This document shows, piece by piece, positions 37,495 to 51,012 of a stretch of 64,000 nt of DNA. The notes below the pieces were generated by a model. The model made no database searches. It was not told where the DNA came from and saw only the letters and a list, made by a program, of their open reading frames with translations. This stretch comes from Eledone cirrhosa (Eukaryota): contig OZ024740.1 in NCBI GenBank assembly GCA_964016885.1, forward strand, positions 161,510,001 to 161,574,000, written 5' to 3'. The position numbers and the translations under genes are program-made. Each line of letters opens with the position of its first letter. The first letter of the stretch is position 1.

Positions 37495-37581
37495 ACCTTT
37501 ACCGAATCGGTTTCGAGTCTCAAAAATAAATGGATAGTCCTTGCGGGCTTCCATTAAAAAGATAAACTCTCATCAGAAGGT
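37495..37581 (-). ncRNA. Type I hammerhead ribozyme, unit 2
   Basis: Reverse complement reads ACCTT-CTGATGA-GAGT...ACTC-GAAA-CCG ATT CGG-TA-AAGGT. Confidence 0.9.
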
Positions 37582-37783
37582 TCTTTTCACTCGGAGAATA
37601 TAAAATTCCCGAGTTCAAATTACGAACTGGCGCTATTCAAAATTGTTATCTTTTCAATGGAAGCCCGTAAGGACTATCCATTTATTTTTGAGACTCGAAA
37701 CCGATTCGGTAAAGGTAACCAGAGTAAGTACAGTGAATATTTTGAAATTTATTTGGAAACTTTTTCTTATTTGCTAAACCTTG

Positions 37784-37820
<37 letters not shown>

Positions 37821-37824
<4 letters not shown>

Positions 37825-37941
37825 TCTGATGAAATGACAGTTGATAATAACATTGAAATATTGAATGTCTGCATAACTAATACTTTGTAGATAGCAGCTG
37901 TTTTCAGGTTATATAACTGTTATTGAAACACGTGTCAATAA
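37821..37941 (+). ncRNA. Type I hammerhead ribozyme with a roughly 90-nt domain II
   Basis: TTATT-CTGATGA-AATGACAGTT...AACTGTTATT-GAAA-CACGTG-TC-AATAA; canonical GUC site. Confidence 0.83.
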
Positions 37942-37973
37942 ATTCCTTTTAACTGAACTGTATCCATTTAAAT

Positions 37974-38067
<94 letters not shown>

Positions 38068-38071
<4 letters not shown>

Positions 38072-39110
38072 TCTCTAATTTACCCTTATGTTCTATTTTA
38101 GCATGTTGGTAGAGTACAGATGATTCTTTTCTATCTTGAAGCTCTCGCCAGTGTTCATTTATCCATTCTCCTATACGACGAGCTGTCTCACCTATGTACA
38201 CTATATTCTTATCTCTACATTGTCCTTCAGTACATCTTATGCTATATAGTTTTACAGTTAATATGGGGGCTTAGTTTACAGATTATACATTTCTTATCTA
38301 TACACGGAGGTCTTTGAAAAGGGTATGTATTGCTAATAAGTGTTTTTATGGAGGTACCTGGTATTTCTACTATCTTAATATTGAGTTTATGTTTATCTAG
38401 GTCCCTTCTAAATGTGTAAGCTAATTCACTTCTATGGGTTGTATTGATGAACATTACACTCTGGTATTTATTGCTATTATACCATGAGTTTATTCTATTA
38501 ACCTTATTCCTAGTTCTTTCTATTCTATTCCAAAATGTGCTCCTATACAAGGGGCAGGTCCCATTTGTATCATTATTTATCATTTTTTCCCATTTGGTTC
38601 TGGCTCCTCTATATACTCTGATTTTATCTCTCTAATTGTAACCAGAGAACTGCATACAGTGGATGAAGTGTTGTATGTGTCTCTCTAGTTCTTTGGGGTT
38701 GCACATGCGGGACACGTTTCTCATCACCCGTACCAAATCCGCAATCAGTATGTTGATTTTGGTGTGGTCGAAACAGCTGAGTTTCGGTGGATCAGATATT
38801 TGGAAGTCATGGGTTTGGCATAATGGGAATGGAGGATTTGTTTTTTTGTTATTAATGGTTTCTAACCAGAGCTCTGTGTCTAGTACAAGTAATCGATGGT
38901 TGGGGTGTTTGCTTGGGTAGTCTATAGTAACTCTAATACTCTGGTGGATGGAGTTATCTATTTGCTGGATGCTTTCCATGGTGTTTTTCTCTAATTCCTG
39001 ACTGTTCTCTAGTGGGGGTGTTTTTACTACGATGTTTATATCATCAACGTAGCGGGAGTACAATATCAAGATTAAGAGGTTGCTGTCTTCTAATTGTTCT
39101 TTAAGGTATA
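38068..39110 (-). mobile_element. PLE fragment (RT C-terminal half to GIY-YIG), same family as 15919-16334
   Basis: YSRYVDDINI, VLDTELW, CIDKKCIIC...NC, YIGETARRIGEWINEH; DNA nearly identical to 15995-16334. Confidence 0.85.
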
Positions 39111-39260
39111 GGAATGAGTAGCAAAGCACTCAATAAGAGTAGGTCCTCAGAGTAAAAACATACGTTTAGATAGCTTGACAAATTGAAAATTGCGGCAGGC
39201 AATACCTAGCCATACAATACCAAAACAACGAAAAAAACTAATCAGGTTAGACAACAGACC

Positions 39261-39291
<31 letters not shown>

Positions 39292-39407
39292 CAGAATGGT
39301 TGCAGTAAAAATCATTACTCACCGGAGTAATAGAGTGGGTAATATGACGGATTCGGATCTAATTGTTGAAACAGCAGGAGTTCAGCTGTCGGTGTCCCGA
39401 ATCCTTC

Positions 39408-39447
<40 letters not shown>

Positions 39448-39619
39448 ACATATATATATGCATATATACAGGGTCTTGCAGATACATATATATATATATA
39501 TATATAAAATATTAAAAAAATAATGAATAAAACAATGAAACAGTTCCTTATATTAAACAAAAAAAGTTCATTATTTAACGATCGTTTCTGGGATATATAT
39601 GTGTTAGAATTGGCATGTA

Positions 39620-39650
<31 letters not shown>

Positions 39651-39651
<1 letters not shown>

Positions 39652-39870
39652 ACGAAGGAAATGTGGTAAGGAACCAGGTGGACCATAACGCACCAAAGTA
39701 CTCAATACTTAGGGTAGTAGAGTGGGTAATAGGAACGAGTAGGACCCCGACGGCTGAGCTCAAGCCGTTTCGACGGCTAATTCTGGACTCGAATTAGCCG
39801 TCGAAATTAGCTTGAGTCCAGAATTAGCCGTCGAAACGGCTTGAGCTCAGCCGTCGGGGTCCTACTCGTT

Positions 39871-39875
<5 letters not shown>
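39651..39875. mobile_element. Fold-back pLTR fragment (family F)
   Basis: Same sequence as 24044-24250 with a different, doubled hairpin junction. Confidence 0.75.
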
Positions 39876-39949
<74 letters not shown>

Positions 39950-39977
39950 GTAGAACACTGGAAGGTAATATCCATTA

Positions 39978-40015
39978 CGAGCTGAGGATCCGCTAAGGTG
40001 AAACAATTGTTCTCG
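39978..40015 (+). ncRNA. Minimal type I HHR in a roughly 100-bp insert between (TA)n tracts
   Basis: CGAG-CTGAGGA-T CC GCTAA GG T-GAAA-CAATTG-TT-CTCG. Confidence 0.7.
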
Positions 40016-40115
40016 GTATGGGGAACTAACTGCTTTCTAACCACTTCTATATATATATATATATATATATTTATACAGACGCACACACACGCACACACAC
40101 GCACACACACACACA

Positions 40116-40187
<72 letters not shown>

Positions 40188-40317
40188 AATATATATAAAC
40201 AAAATATAATAGTTTTCCGTTTGTTAATAGAATACATCATACTTTTCTTTCACTTGCTAATTATTCCAGTATAATTGGTATTAGGTCGACGTCTCATGAT
40301 CTCTGCATTATATATAT

Positions 40318-40902
40318 TACAAGCAGTGGTACCCGGCGTTGGACGGGATAAGGTATTGTGAAATATATAACTGCCTTAGCTAAGCTTAGTATTGCCACAA
40401 CCACGGTTGGCAAAGAAGTAAGGGTCTGGTGGTACGTAAGTAAGCAACACTGTGGCTTAAAACGTGAGGAAGAAGTTGTGTGCACTTACCAACTGTTTTG
40501 GGAATGAGTGTGAGATTTGTCTTGAGCAAGGGTGGCTTAATAACTGGAGGAAGCAGACAGCCAGACATACAGAGAGATATTATAGGGGGCGCATTCTGGA
40601 CGCAGAGCGAATTGTAGGAAGTGACGTAATGTACACAGTCAGACAAACAGACAGATATTATAAGGGCACGACGTTATATGTATGTATCTATCTAAAAAGA
40701 GAAAGACTAAGAATTATAGAGAGAGATCGCTAAATCACCTAATGTGATCCCTAGGGCATTGAAAATTTGAAAATTCTTTCGCTCAGAACACTCCCTGAAA
40801 CAAGTATTACATGTGTAAAGTTTGAAAACAGTCGGTTGGATGCTTCTCTAGTTTTAGGGATTCAAACTCACAGACAAACAGCCTCAGTTTTATATATATA
40901 GA
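40318..40902 (-). mobile_element. Non-autonomous Helitron-like element
   Basis: Homologous to the 32053 family; the reverse complement has a TCTATATATATAAAACTGAGG start and a CCCGTCCAACGCCGGG 3' hairpin. Confidence 0.7.
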
Positions 40903-41047
40903 CTAGCAGAAAACCACCCGTTTGCGGTTTTCTGCTAGTATATATATATATATATATATTACACACACAGAAATGTATATATATTTCTGTGTGTGTATAT
41001 ATATATATATATATATTACACACACAGAAATGTATATATATTTCTGC

Positions 41048-41093
<46 letters not shown>

Positions 41094-41590
41094 CACACAC
41101 AGAAATGTATATATATTTCTGTGTGTATATATATATATATTACACACACAGAAATGTATATATATTTCTGTGTGTATATATATATATATTACACACACAG
41201 AAATGTATATATATTTCTGTGTGGTGTGTGTATATATATATATATATTACACACACACAGAAATGTATATATGTTTCTGTAGCATTCCTCAATCCCCCCT
41301 CTCTCTCTCCCGCTATCCTCCTCTTGTAGTCTGTCTCTTTCTTTCATTCTCACTCTCTCTCTACGCGTGCGCAAAAAACATTCGCACGCGCACACGTGTT
41401 TTAGCGTCTATTCACTCCCCCCCCCCCCGCTATCCCCCTCTCATAGTCTGTCTCTTTCTTTCACTCTCACTCTCTCTCTACGCGTGCGCAAAGAACATTC
41501 GCACGCGCGCACGTGTTTCCACTGTCGGACAGACAGACAGACAGACAGAGAAATTGCTGGTTATATATTATAAGGAGATTATAGTTTAGA
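40903..41590 (-). mobile_element. Helitron-like element with an internal array of palindromic minisatellite units
   Basis: CTAGCAGAAAACC...GGTTTTCTGCTAG end (also at 54487); (CAGA)n near the other end; about 7 units of ACACACAGAAAT-GTATATAT-ATTTCTGTGTGT. Confidence 0.6.
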
Positions 41591-41967
41591 TATTAACAAT
41601 CACTTAACTACACACACACACGCAGATGTATGTGCGTCTGTATGTGTGTTCAAATGAACTACTTTGTTAATGAAAGAGGCGAATAGTACGCAATACATGA
41701 TGCAGAATGCATTAATTATTTAAACAAAGTTGTTTTGTTCCATGACCCGGATTTCACGAAAATGTTGTCGTTACTTCCTTGCCTGGCTAATACAACTATT
41801 ATTTCCAACATAATTATGTATGTATGTATGTATATTTGTATGTATGTATGTATGTATGTATGTATGTATGTATGTATGTATGTATGTATGTATGTATGTA
41901 TGTATGAACATATGTATGTGTGTATGTATGAACGTATGTATGTATGTATTTATGTATGTATATTATG

Positions 41968-42160
41968 TCGGGTCACTCTTGTGTGCTACTGGTAACATGT
42001 AACCCAGTACAACATGTCGCATAGTCGGATCATCGGCGACTAAACCGGCAACCCCACCAACTTTACTTGGTGAGGAGGGTCATTTTGAACACCCTGCAGG
42101 ACAAAAAAGAAAACCTGACAAGGGGCGGAAGAATTCTTAAGAGTCAACAGCCATCCAAAA
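41968..42160 (+). mobile_element. RTE-type 5' UTR fragment related to 36218-36410
   Basis: Shared GGTCAC..GTGCTACTGGTAACATGTA..GGCGACTAAAC..GGCAACCCCACCAA. Confidence 0.7.
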
Positions 42161-42188
42161 ATGTGTAAATATGTACATGCATGTATGC

Positions 42189-42250
<62 letters not shown>

Positions 42251-42257
42251 ATGTATA

Positions 42258-42590
42258 TGCGCGGGGACATAGAAATAATCGGGCTGGACACCCGATCGCG
42301 TGGTTAAACCATTCGAAGTGAATGACCCCTAGCCTTTGTCAGGGCATACTTCTAGAAGGCAAATCAGGAAACTGGGATAACTCCGACATAAAACCTGCGG
42401 CTCAGTAGTTACCGATGATGTTGATATTTTCTTCTTTTCGGGCTATAGCTACTGTCAGAGAGTGCAGTCTTTCCTCACTTTAAAAAAAATATTCCCGCAC
42501 AGGCATTGCACGAAGGCATTAATTGATAATCATTAATAATGTTATATCGTGCAATGTCCATACTCGATAACGAGGGGGCAGCCATCATAT
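42258..42590 (+). mobile_element. Internally deleted non-autonomous copy of the RTE at 7746-12325
   Basis: The 5' UTR (reverse complement of 11870-12164) is joined directly to the 3' terminal motif CATACTCGATAACGAGGGGGCAGCCATCAT. Confidence 0.85.
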
Positions 42591-42614
42591 ATGTATGTAT
42601 GTTCTTCTCGTTTT

Positions 42615-43555
42615 ATAATTTCACAAATATTTGCCAACAGAAAGAGAGCCGGTTTCTAAAAAATATACAAGACTCTCTCATTGGAATTTACACCACATCG
42701 ACTAGGTGGGTGTGTATGCATACCTGCAGGCATGTGTGTGCAGCTATGGATGTTATTGTATGTGTGAATGAGGATGTTTTGAGTTGTATGTGTGCATGTA
42801 CATATGCTTTGTATCATACATACAAGTGTATATGCAGTTTTTAGATGCAGAATTTGGGGAATGTTTTACATATTTTTACTGTTTCATTAATGGATTGTAC
42901 TTACAATTTCCTAACTAGTCGTGTTCTTTCTATTTCTGTGAACCCCAGCTTCTCAAGATTTGTACTGAGGCAGTTACTAACATATCTCAGTGCCCCAATA
43001 ATCACAGGCATAAATCTGAAGGTATGGTCAGAGTGGAGTATCTGCAGATTTCTCGTTAGCTCTGCATAGATATTCTCCTTTAGGCTAATCATTGATATTA
43101 TATTGGCATCTGCTGGACAGCTAACTTCCACTACTGTTCATGCCTTCTTCTCCCTGTCCCATATCATAATATCTGGTCTGTTATGCCTGCATTTTATTAG
43201 GGTTTTTACTGGAACATTCCACCAGTACTCTTTCATATTATGTATGTATATATCTTCCACATTGCTGTAGCTTTTAATGTGTTTATTATCGGGGCTATCT
43301 TTTCTACGGATTGCATTGTACAGTGTTTTGGCCACTACATCATGCCTCATGGGTAGATAGTACCGCGATGACATCTTTGGACAGCTGCTTATGAGATGGG
43401 TGACATCTTCGATGTTAATTCTGTAGAGTCTGCAGAACTTGTCACATCTAGGTGTTTTGCCTGCATCCCTATCTCTTTTGTGTATCAGGTATTCTGTGTT
43501 GATTTCCTGTTCTTGGATTGCAAAAGCGTATCCTTAAAAGTGGGAGCCAATATAG
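42615..43555 (-). mobile_element. 3' fragment of an RLE-type non-LTR retrotransposon (R4/Dong-like)
   Basis: CxxC..HLISSCPKMSSRYYLPMRHDVVAK, NRPDIMIWD, VEVSCPAD and PVIIGAL indicate a CCHC motif plus PD-(D/E)xK-type endonuclease; stop codons present. Confidence 0.85.
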
Positions 43556-43738
43556 CGGTTGTTGTATGTATGTATGGTATGTATGTAAGAATGATACAAA
43601 TAGAACCTGGAGAGAAACGATTAAACGATTAAATAAAGTAGATAAAAAAATAAACAAAAGTTTAAAAATTCGATGGGAGAGCAATGACCGGAAAAATTAT
43701 ACATCGGTTTAATGATTTTGCTATATTATCTAGTTTAT

Positions 43739-43772
<34 letters not shown>

Positions 43773-44100
43773 TGTGTGTGTGTCTGTGTGTGTTGGAATC
43801 AGATCTATAGACTGAAAGATAGAGAGCAAGAGAGGGGTGGGGGTCAGATGCATGGCTGCATGCTTAAGAAGTTTGCTTTGTAAACACACTGTTTTGGATT
43901 CAGTCCTCCTGTGCAATAACTATGATACGTGATATTTGTTATAGCTTCTAATTATAAATACGTTGCGAATGTAACTTGGTATACAGAACCTACAAATTAT
44001 CGTGTATGCGAATGTGTGTATATGTATGTGTGTGTTTGGGATTATGATTATTATCTTAAAATATTTTGTTGGTGTTTATGTAGAAATATGTTCCATAAGT

Positions 44101-44420
44101 GAAGGCGCATGGCTTTATGGTTAGGGAATTCGGTTCACCATCATAAGGTCGCGAGTTCGATTCCCGTCGGCGTGCCGTGTGCTTGAGCAAGATACTTTAT
44201 TTCACGTTGCTCCAGTTCACACAGCTCGCAAAAGTGAGTTGTACCTGTAATTCGAAGAGCTAGCCTTGTCACATTTTGTATCACACCCAATCTCCCTGAC
44301 AGCCGCTTCAAGGATACGCGTGTTTGTGGAATTCTCAGCCACTTGCATGTTAATTTCACGAGTAGGCTGTTCCGTTGATCGGATCAACTGCAACGCACGT
44401 CGTCGTAAATGACGGAGTGC
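44101..44420 (+). mobile_element. tRNA-derived SINE, family B
   Basis: GGCGCATGGCTTTATGGTTAG A-box, GAGTTCGATTCC B-box, GTGCTTGAGCAAGATACTT motif. Confidence 0.72.
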
Positions 44421-45125
44421 CTTTTACTCCAGGTTCCATAACTTAACCATTCGTCAAATAGTTATTGATAAAATAAGTACCTGGTTTAAATAATACTGGT
44501 GTTGATATAATCGTCCAAAATCTTAGTAGATGTTACCCCCACACTAGTTTAGTTCAATGAAGAAGGAAGAGCCCCCGATAAAGTAAAAAGACGCCGTCCC
44601 AATACACAAGATGTCTTGGGCATTTGAAACATGTTGAGCACCATTCTTCTCCAGGTCGAAAAAACACCCGATTTCTTCCAAAGAAAAAAATGAGTGAAAG
44701 AGATAGATAGAGAAAGCACTAACATCAGTACTGGATAAGGACTTTAGTTATCGACAACGAAAAGATGAACAGCAAAGTTGATCTCGATCACAGAGAGCTG
44801 AAACTAATAGAGAACCATTTTAATCTGACGCCCTAACGACACTACGTTGTTGTCCAATGGCTGAGACTAATAAAAGAATGCTTACAATGTCTATGTGTGT
44901 ATATTTGAGTATTATATGCATATATTATTGAATTCTTCAGTAGAAAAATCTATTCTTTTGTTGTTTTAGTATTTTCTTACCTTTTTAATTAATTCCTGTA
45001 ACATCTAATTAGTGAAAGCGTAAACAACAACTTTCAGAAAAGCAAATACTACTTTTCAAACTATAGATTACCATTATCATCATTTCAGTAAACATACGTT
45101 GTGGAGGGGGTTGAACCCCCGTGTT

Positions 45126-45164
<39 letters not shown>

Positions 45165-45263
45165 CATATATATATATACATATATATATATACATATATA
45201 TATATACATATATATATATGTATATATATATATACATATATATATATACATATATATATATAC

Positions 45264-45466
<203 letters not shown>

Positions 45467-45769
45467 CATATATGCGTATATGCACATATATAAAACAATT
45501 ATTTTGACGAAAGTATTCTTGTGATTGGTTCAGAGCTGAATTATTCTTTTTTATGCGTATTATTTTCAAGTAATTCGAAGACTAATAAGCATTTTGATTA
45601 TCAGGTCTATTATAAATATAACTTTACTGTTAGAATGGTGTGGGTTTTGCATTTTTCCTCATTCCTAATATTTATGTATTTATGTATATATTATGTATGT
45701 CTATATCTATGTATGTGTGTGTGAATATACATATATATATATGTGGGGGTGGGTGAATATATATATATA

Positions 45770-45800
<31 letters not shown>

Positions 45801-45801
45801 C

Positions 45802-45839
<38 letters not shown>

Positions 45840-46003
45840 TGTGTATGTATGTGTGTATAGTATGTATTAGGTATATGTATATATATATATGTGTGTGTGT
45901 TTGGCTGTGTGTGAATAGGTGCTTGGCTACCTATAGACATATCTTGATGCCAAGTTTTCAGTATAAAAAATGATGTATGCGCATGTTATGTGTATATGTG
46001 TGT

Positions 46004-46102
<99 letters not shown>

Positions 46103-47235
46103 AGTGTTTGTAGGAGGAGATTCGTGTGTATTGTTGTGGGTGTGTGTTTTTTTGTTTATAATAAATACTATGATTGCGTACTTTTTCTATGCTGAATCAT
46201 CAAAGAAACCTCCAGGCTGTCACTCGATCTTTAAGAAATGTCAGCTAAATCATTTTCAAAATATTCCCAACCGTCTTAATAATTAATAATTATAGAAGAA
46301 CAAGTGATCATTAGTATGATGCGTCAAGAAAGTATAAAAGGTTATGAGGTTACGGCTAGAAGGCCAGCCGAATGACAATATAGGTTCCACTCACGGAATA
46401 ATCTGTTTGCATGTGCAGCCAGCATCATTATATGACTGATGTCAGACTGCAGGAAACTGGCAATAAAACTCCTATAAATTTAAGTGCTTTCCAAAATACT
46501 AAAACCTACACAATTAAAGTACATCATTTACAGACGTTCAGCAAAAATACATGACGTAACAGTAGCAATATCAATGGCAACAACATGAAAACAGGAAAAA
46601 CAGAAAAAAACGTTCTTTTCTCCATTTCCGCCGCCTCAGGTCCGCACAGAAGACAAAAACTATCACAATATATCATCAAACACAAAAGTAAAGTATTAAC
46701 AAAAAAAAAAAGAAATCTATAGAACTAAAAGATGTTATCATCACATGTGACATTCACAGAGCAATAATTCGTGAAACGTTTTTACTACCTCAATAGAATT
46801 GGTGCATATTACTAACTACACTCAGATCAGATTAGACAAGCCAGGAGTGGGGGATGTGTCTCAGCCTATTTGAAATCATTGCATTTAGAACATAGATATC
46901 ATAAATGACTTTCGTAAACTGAATCAGACAACTTCGCTCTATAAACGTAGATCAAACCATCAAAATGAAACAAATTAACATCATATATCATCTATATATA
47001 TACGGTGGGGGGGGGGGGGGGGTATTGCTTATATGGATATATATATTATACAGATATTACTTCTACATAACTAGAACAGTTTCATTCATATAATGACATG
47101 ATGATTTCGTACGAATGAAACAGCTCTAGTCCTGTGGAAGTCAATTCTATATAAAATAAATAAGTTCCTCCTCTCTTAACGTATCGTGTACCTTATTTAA
47201 CTGTGGTTTCTTTCTGGTTTCCTTGAGAAAACCAT

Positions 47236-47318
<83 letters not shown>

Positions 47319-47319
<1 letters not shown>

Positions 47320-47823
47320 TAGCCGAATTACCCGTGCCTTGTTGCACATTTTTTTTTTTTTTGTAAGAAAATGATGATTGATTTTAAATCAGTGATATAA
47401 TTTATGGAGAAAAACTCTGCATTTCAATATTAATTAATGTAAAATATGCATGAAAAATTGGAAAACATTATTTTTTGTAATATATCAAATCAAAATTACA
47501 TTATTAAATCTTATTCTTATTTTGTTTCTTGTAAATAATTTTTTTCAAAATATCAATTCAAAACTTTTGTGAATAGACATCATATCTTGTCATTTACCTA
47601 TTGTTTAAATTTTATATAAATCGAAGGGAAAACATTTTCAGCGGGGTTTGTGCCCTCGGAGAACCCTTTGATTAAAATGAAATATACTTATCCAAGTACC
47701 GTGGGCAATGTAGTTTCAGAATATATATGGTTATGGGGGGGCGTCTATCTCCAAAACCATAGGAGGAGTTCGTGAACAAACAAATAAGCAAACAGACAGG
47801 AACTACAACTTTATATATATAGA
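47319..47823 (-). mobile_element. Non-autonomous Helitron-like element
   Basis: The reverse complement starts TCTATATATATAAAG and ends with GTGCAACAAGGCAC hairpin then CTAG. Confidence 0.6.
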
Positions 47824-47837
47824 TGTGTGTGTGTGTA

Positions 47838-47954
<117 letters not shown>

Positions 47955-48112
47955 GTGTGTGTGTGTGTGTCCTTAATGACCGTCCACAATCCTCCCTTCT
48001 CTATCTCCTGCCACTTGAATTTTTTTTATTCATCTTCACTTTTGTTCGCTGCTCTAGTCAGGGAAATGATTCATTTTCCCCATATCTGCTTCCCTTGTAT
48101 TATTTTTGGGCG

Positions 48113-48303
48113 AAGGGCGGTGAATTGGCAGTATCGGTAGAGGGTTGGATGCCATGCTTTCTAGCAAAGTTACGTCCCTTTACGGTCTGAGTTCAAATCC
48201 CACCGAGGTTAACTTTGCTTTTCATCCTTACGGGGGTCGATAAAATAAAGTACCAGTAATGTACTGGGTAATTGCTGGGCTTGTGCCAAAAGTAGAAACA
48301 ATT
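48113..48303 (+). mobile_element. tRNA-derived SINE, family A
   Basis: Full head (GGGCGGTGAATTGGCAGTATCGGTAGAG), B-box and core. Confidence 0.83.
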
Positions 48304-49446
48304 ATTTTGGGGCGAAATCCTCAAATACTTCCTTCTTTCCAGCACTACCAATTCCCTTTCATACATCAATATAAATGTTTTCATGATTTGTCTGGCTTGT
48401 AAAACTCTTCATTTTGTTTTCTACCATGCTTTCTTACAATCTACTGAACTTTCGTTTGTTCCCTAAGTTGTCATTCTATTTCTCACTGTATTGTTGTATC
48501 CATGGTGTAAAACTTTCCTTTCTATATATTACATACATTCACAGAATATTGTGTAATAATGTTAACATATTTAACGCAGGTAGCATCAAAAGCTAACTAG
48601 GAATAATTATGTGGTGAGCACAATGGATATTATTTTTTATAATTAACCAAGGGAGATAATTCTTGACATATTTTGGTTTTATTTTATGTTCATCAGTGTA
48701 GCATAATCTGCCTTGAATTTGTTGAAGTAGTGAAGAAAGAATCATAAAGGAAACGTAGAAAATTGTGCACTTGTAAGAACATATAATTGTTCGGGGAATA
48801 AAAGATTCATGTGGATTATGTCCCTCAATAATGTTATCTCTAAAGTGTACTTTGGAGAAGTTCGTTAATTGCAACAAAGGAGAAACATTTCTTCTTTAAA
48901 AGTATTTATAATGATGTACTATTCAATATATACGTACAGTCATATGTGCGCTTATTTTCGCATGTGTACATGTATTCACATACACGTATGTATGTATGTA
49001 TTATAAATGTATATATGTATGTAAATGTGTATTGCCCTTGTATATGTGTGTGTGTGTGTATGTATGTGTGTGAGTGTGTATGATTTTCCTAGCAAAACGA
49101 AAATTAGAAAATGGAAACAGCAAGAAGAACAAATGTTCTACCTGTTTCGTTTGTTAGTGATAATTAAACTGGGTTTTGTGAAAATCACATAATGAGTGTC
49201 TGCTGTTCTTAGTGTAATTGACTTGCTAGCTAGACATTTCACTGCCTTATTTCTTATGTCTTATGAAAACTTCAATGATGACAAGTGCTATGATACAATT
49301 GAGTCATGTACAGCTGCCGTTAAAATTAATCAAATATATAACTAACACAAATATTGCGTAGTGTCTTTTGTTAAAACATTAGGTCAGTTACTAACTAAAA
49401 CATAGCTAGTGTAAGGAAAGGGTGAGTCGAATCCTCCTCCTCTCCC

Positions 49447-49508
49447 TTCTTCTTCTTCTTCTTCTTCTTCTTCTTCTTCTTCTTCTTCTTCTTCTTCTTC
49501 TTCTTCTT
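49447..49508. repeat. (TTC)n microsatellite
   Basis: Read directly. Confidence 0.95.
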
Positions 49509-49945
49509 TACCAAGAAGAAAGCAAATAAACAAAATCCTCAGTTAAAGTGTATATATATATATATATATATGTATACTTGTGTGTGTGTATGTGTGTGTG
49601 TATGTGCGTATAAATATATGTATATATATATATATATGTATGTATATATATATAAATATATGTGTGTATAAATGTATGTATATATATATGTATCTATATA
49701 TATGTATGTATAACGTTGAAAGATAGAAGGCTAAACAAAATGGACTGTAATAGTCCACAACGAATCGGTGAACTGACAGATCGTTATGGCATCGAAAACA
49801 TACCTCGAGTTATTTGTTCCGGCTCTCTACATTCTCTGTTCAAATCCCATTAAGGTCAACTTTTCCTTTCCATGTTCCTGAGCCTATAAAATGAAGTACT
49901 ATCCCAGAGTGGTGGATTAACGGGATTTTTAAAGCCTTTGGAAAA

Positions 49946-50134
49946 TAATTGTTTCTACTTTTGGCACAAGGCCAGCAATTATCCAGTATATTACTGGTAC
50001 TTTATTTTATCGACCCCGTAAGGATGAAAGGCAAAGTTAACTTCGATGGGATTTGAGCTCAGACCGTAAAGGAACGTAACTATGCTAGAAAGCAAGACGT
50101 CCAACTCTCTACCGATACTGCCAATTCACCGCCC
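49946..50134 (-). mobile_element. tRNA-derived SINE, family A
   Basis: Reverse complement of the 48113 copy. Confidence 0.8.
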
Positions 50135-50822
50135 TTTGGAAAAATAATGTTTCACATTTTCTGGCTTTACATACTGAGTGCCCAGACATGTATAGGGAAA
50201 TTGTCTGTAGCTAGCAAAGAATACTCAAACGGCGACAACAGGAGAACACTTTTGTATTCTTCCATGCAAATCCTTTGACAAGAAGATAAACTATGAGATG
50301 TTGCGCTCTTAACATTGACCAATCCTTTTTCGACATTGGCCTCTATCCATAACAAGTTCATCCGCCTCAATAAATTTAATATTTTGTGTTTAAAAGTGAC
50401 CGAAATAGTGGGGTCTACAATCTAAAAGTTGTTTAACTAATAAATCTCTATAGAAAGTTATACTAACCACATGCATGAAATATTAAGGTCTTACGTTTCT
50501 GAAACAGATACAAGGCTAATAAATATATATTGGAGATCATAGAGTGAACCGAACCCCTTTATATATCATTGACATTTATTTTATTGATAATAAAATGTTG
50601 TGGCTTGCTTGAAGCAAACTTATACTCTGAAGAAGGGAATTTTAAATCCCGAAATATTAGGACGTAAGAAACAACAGCAACAAATAAAATAAAAGATTAC
50701 CAGCAAACTTACATCTACGTTACCTACGTCTTACCGTCCATTTTGCATTGGTTAGCCATTGTATCATTTTCCATGTTATTCATTTTATTGACATTGTCAT
50801 ACTCAGAATAGTAAAAGTTAAT

Positions 50823-51012
50823 ATTGTTTCTACTTTTGGCACAAGACCAGCAATTATCTCAGTGCATTACTGGTACTTTATTTTATTAACCCCGTAAGGA
50901 TTAAAGGCAAAGCTAACCTCGGTGGAATTTGAACTCAGACCGTAAACGGCCGTAACTCCATGCTGCAAAGCATGGCGTCCGACCCCCTACTGATACTGCC
51001 AATCCACAGCCC
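50823..51012 (-). mobile_element. tRNA-derived SINE, family A
   Basis: Reverse complement of the 48113 copy. Confidence 0.8.

Larger units (their letters stand above)
36838..37790 (-). mobile_element. Retrozyme-like element: about 1.7 tandem 486-bp units, each with an HHR, plus an inverted partial tail
   Basis: Units start at 36841 and 37327; inverted segment at about 37647-37790; no ORF of 60 aa or more; flanked by TA repeats. Confidence 0.85.

Noticed and set aside
40958-41281. CRISPR-like appearance of regularly spaced palindromic repeats
   Set aside because: Spacers are only TA runs, there are no cas genes, and the context is eukaryotic.
44101-44175. Possible tRNA gene
   Set aside because: A and B boxes are present but there is no cloverleaf, and the sequence continues into a SINE body.
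50167-50370. Short non-repetitive ORF with faint C-type-lectin-like spacing; also EGQPNDN at about 46360
   Set aside because: No convincing splice sites, the two pieces are on opposite strands, and the second has an in-frame stop; not enough to call a host exon.
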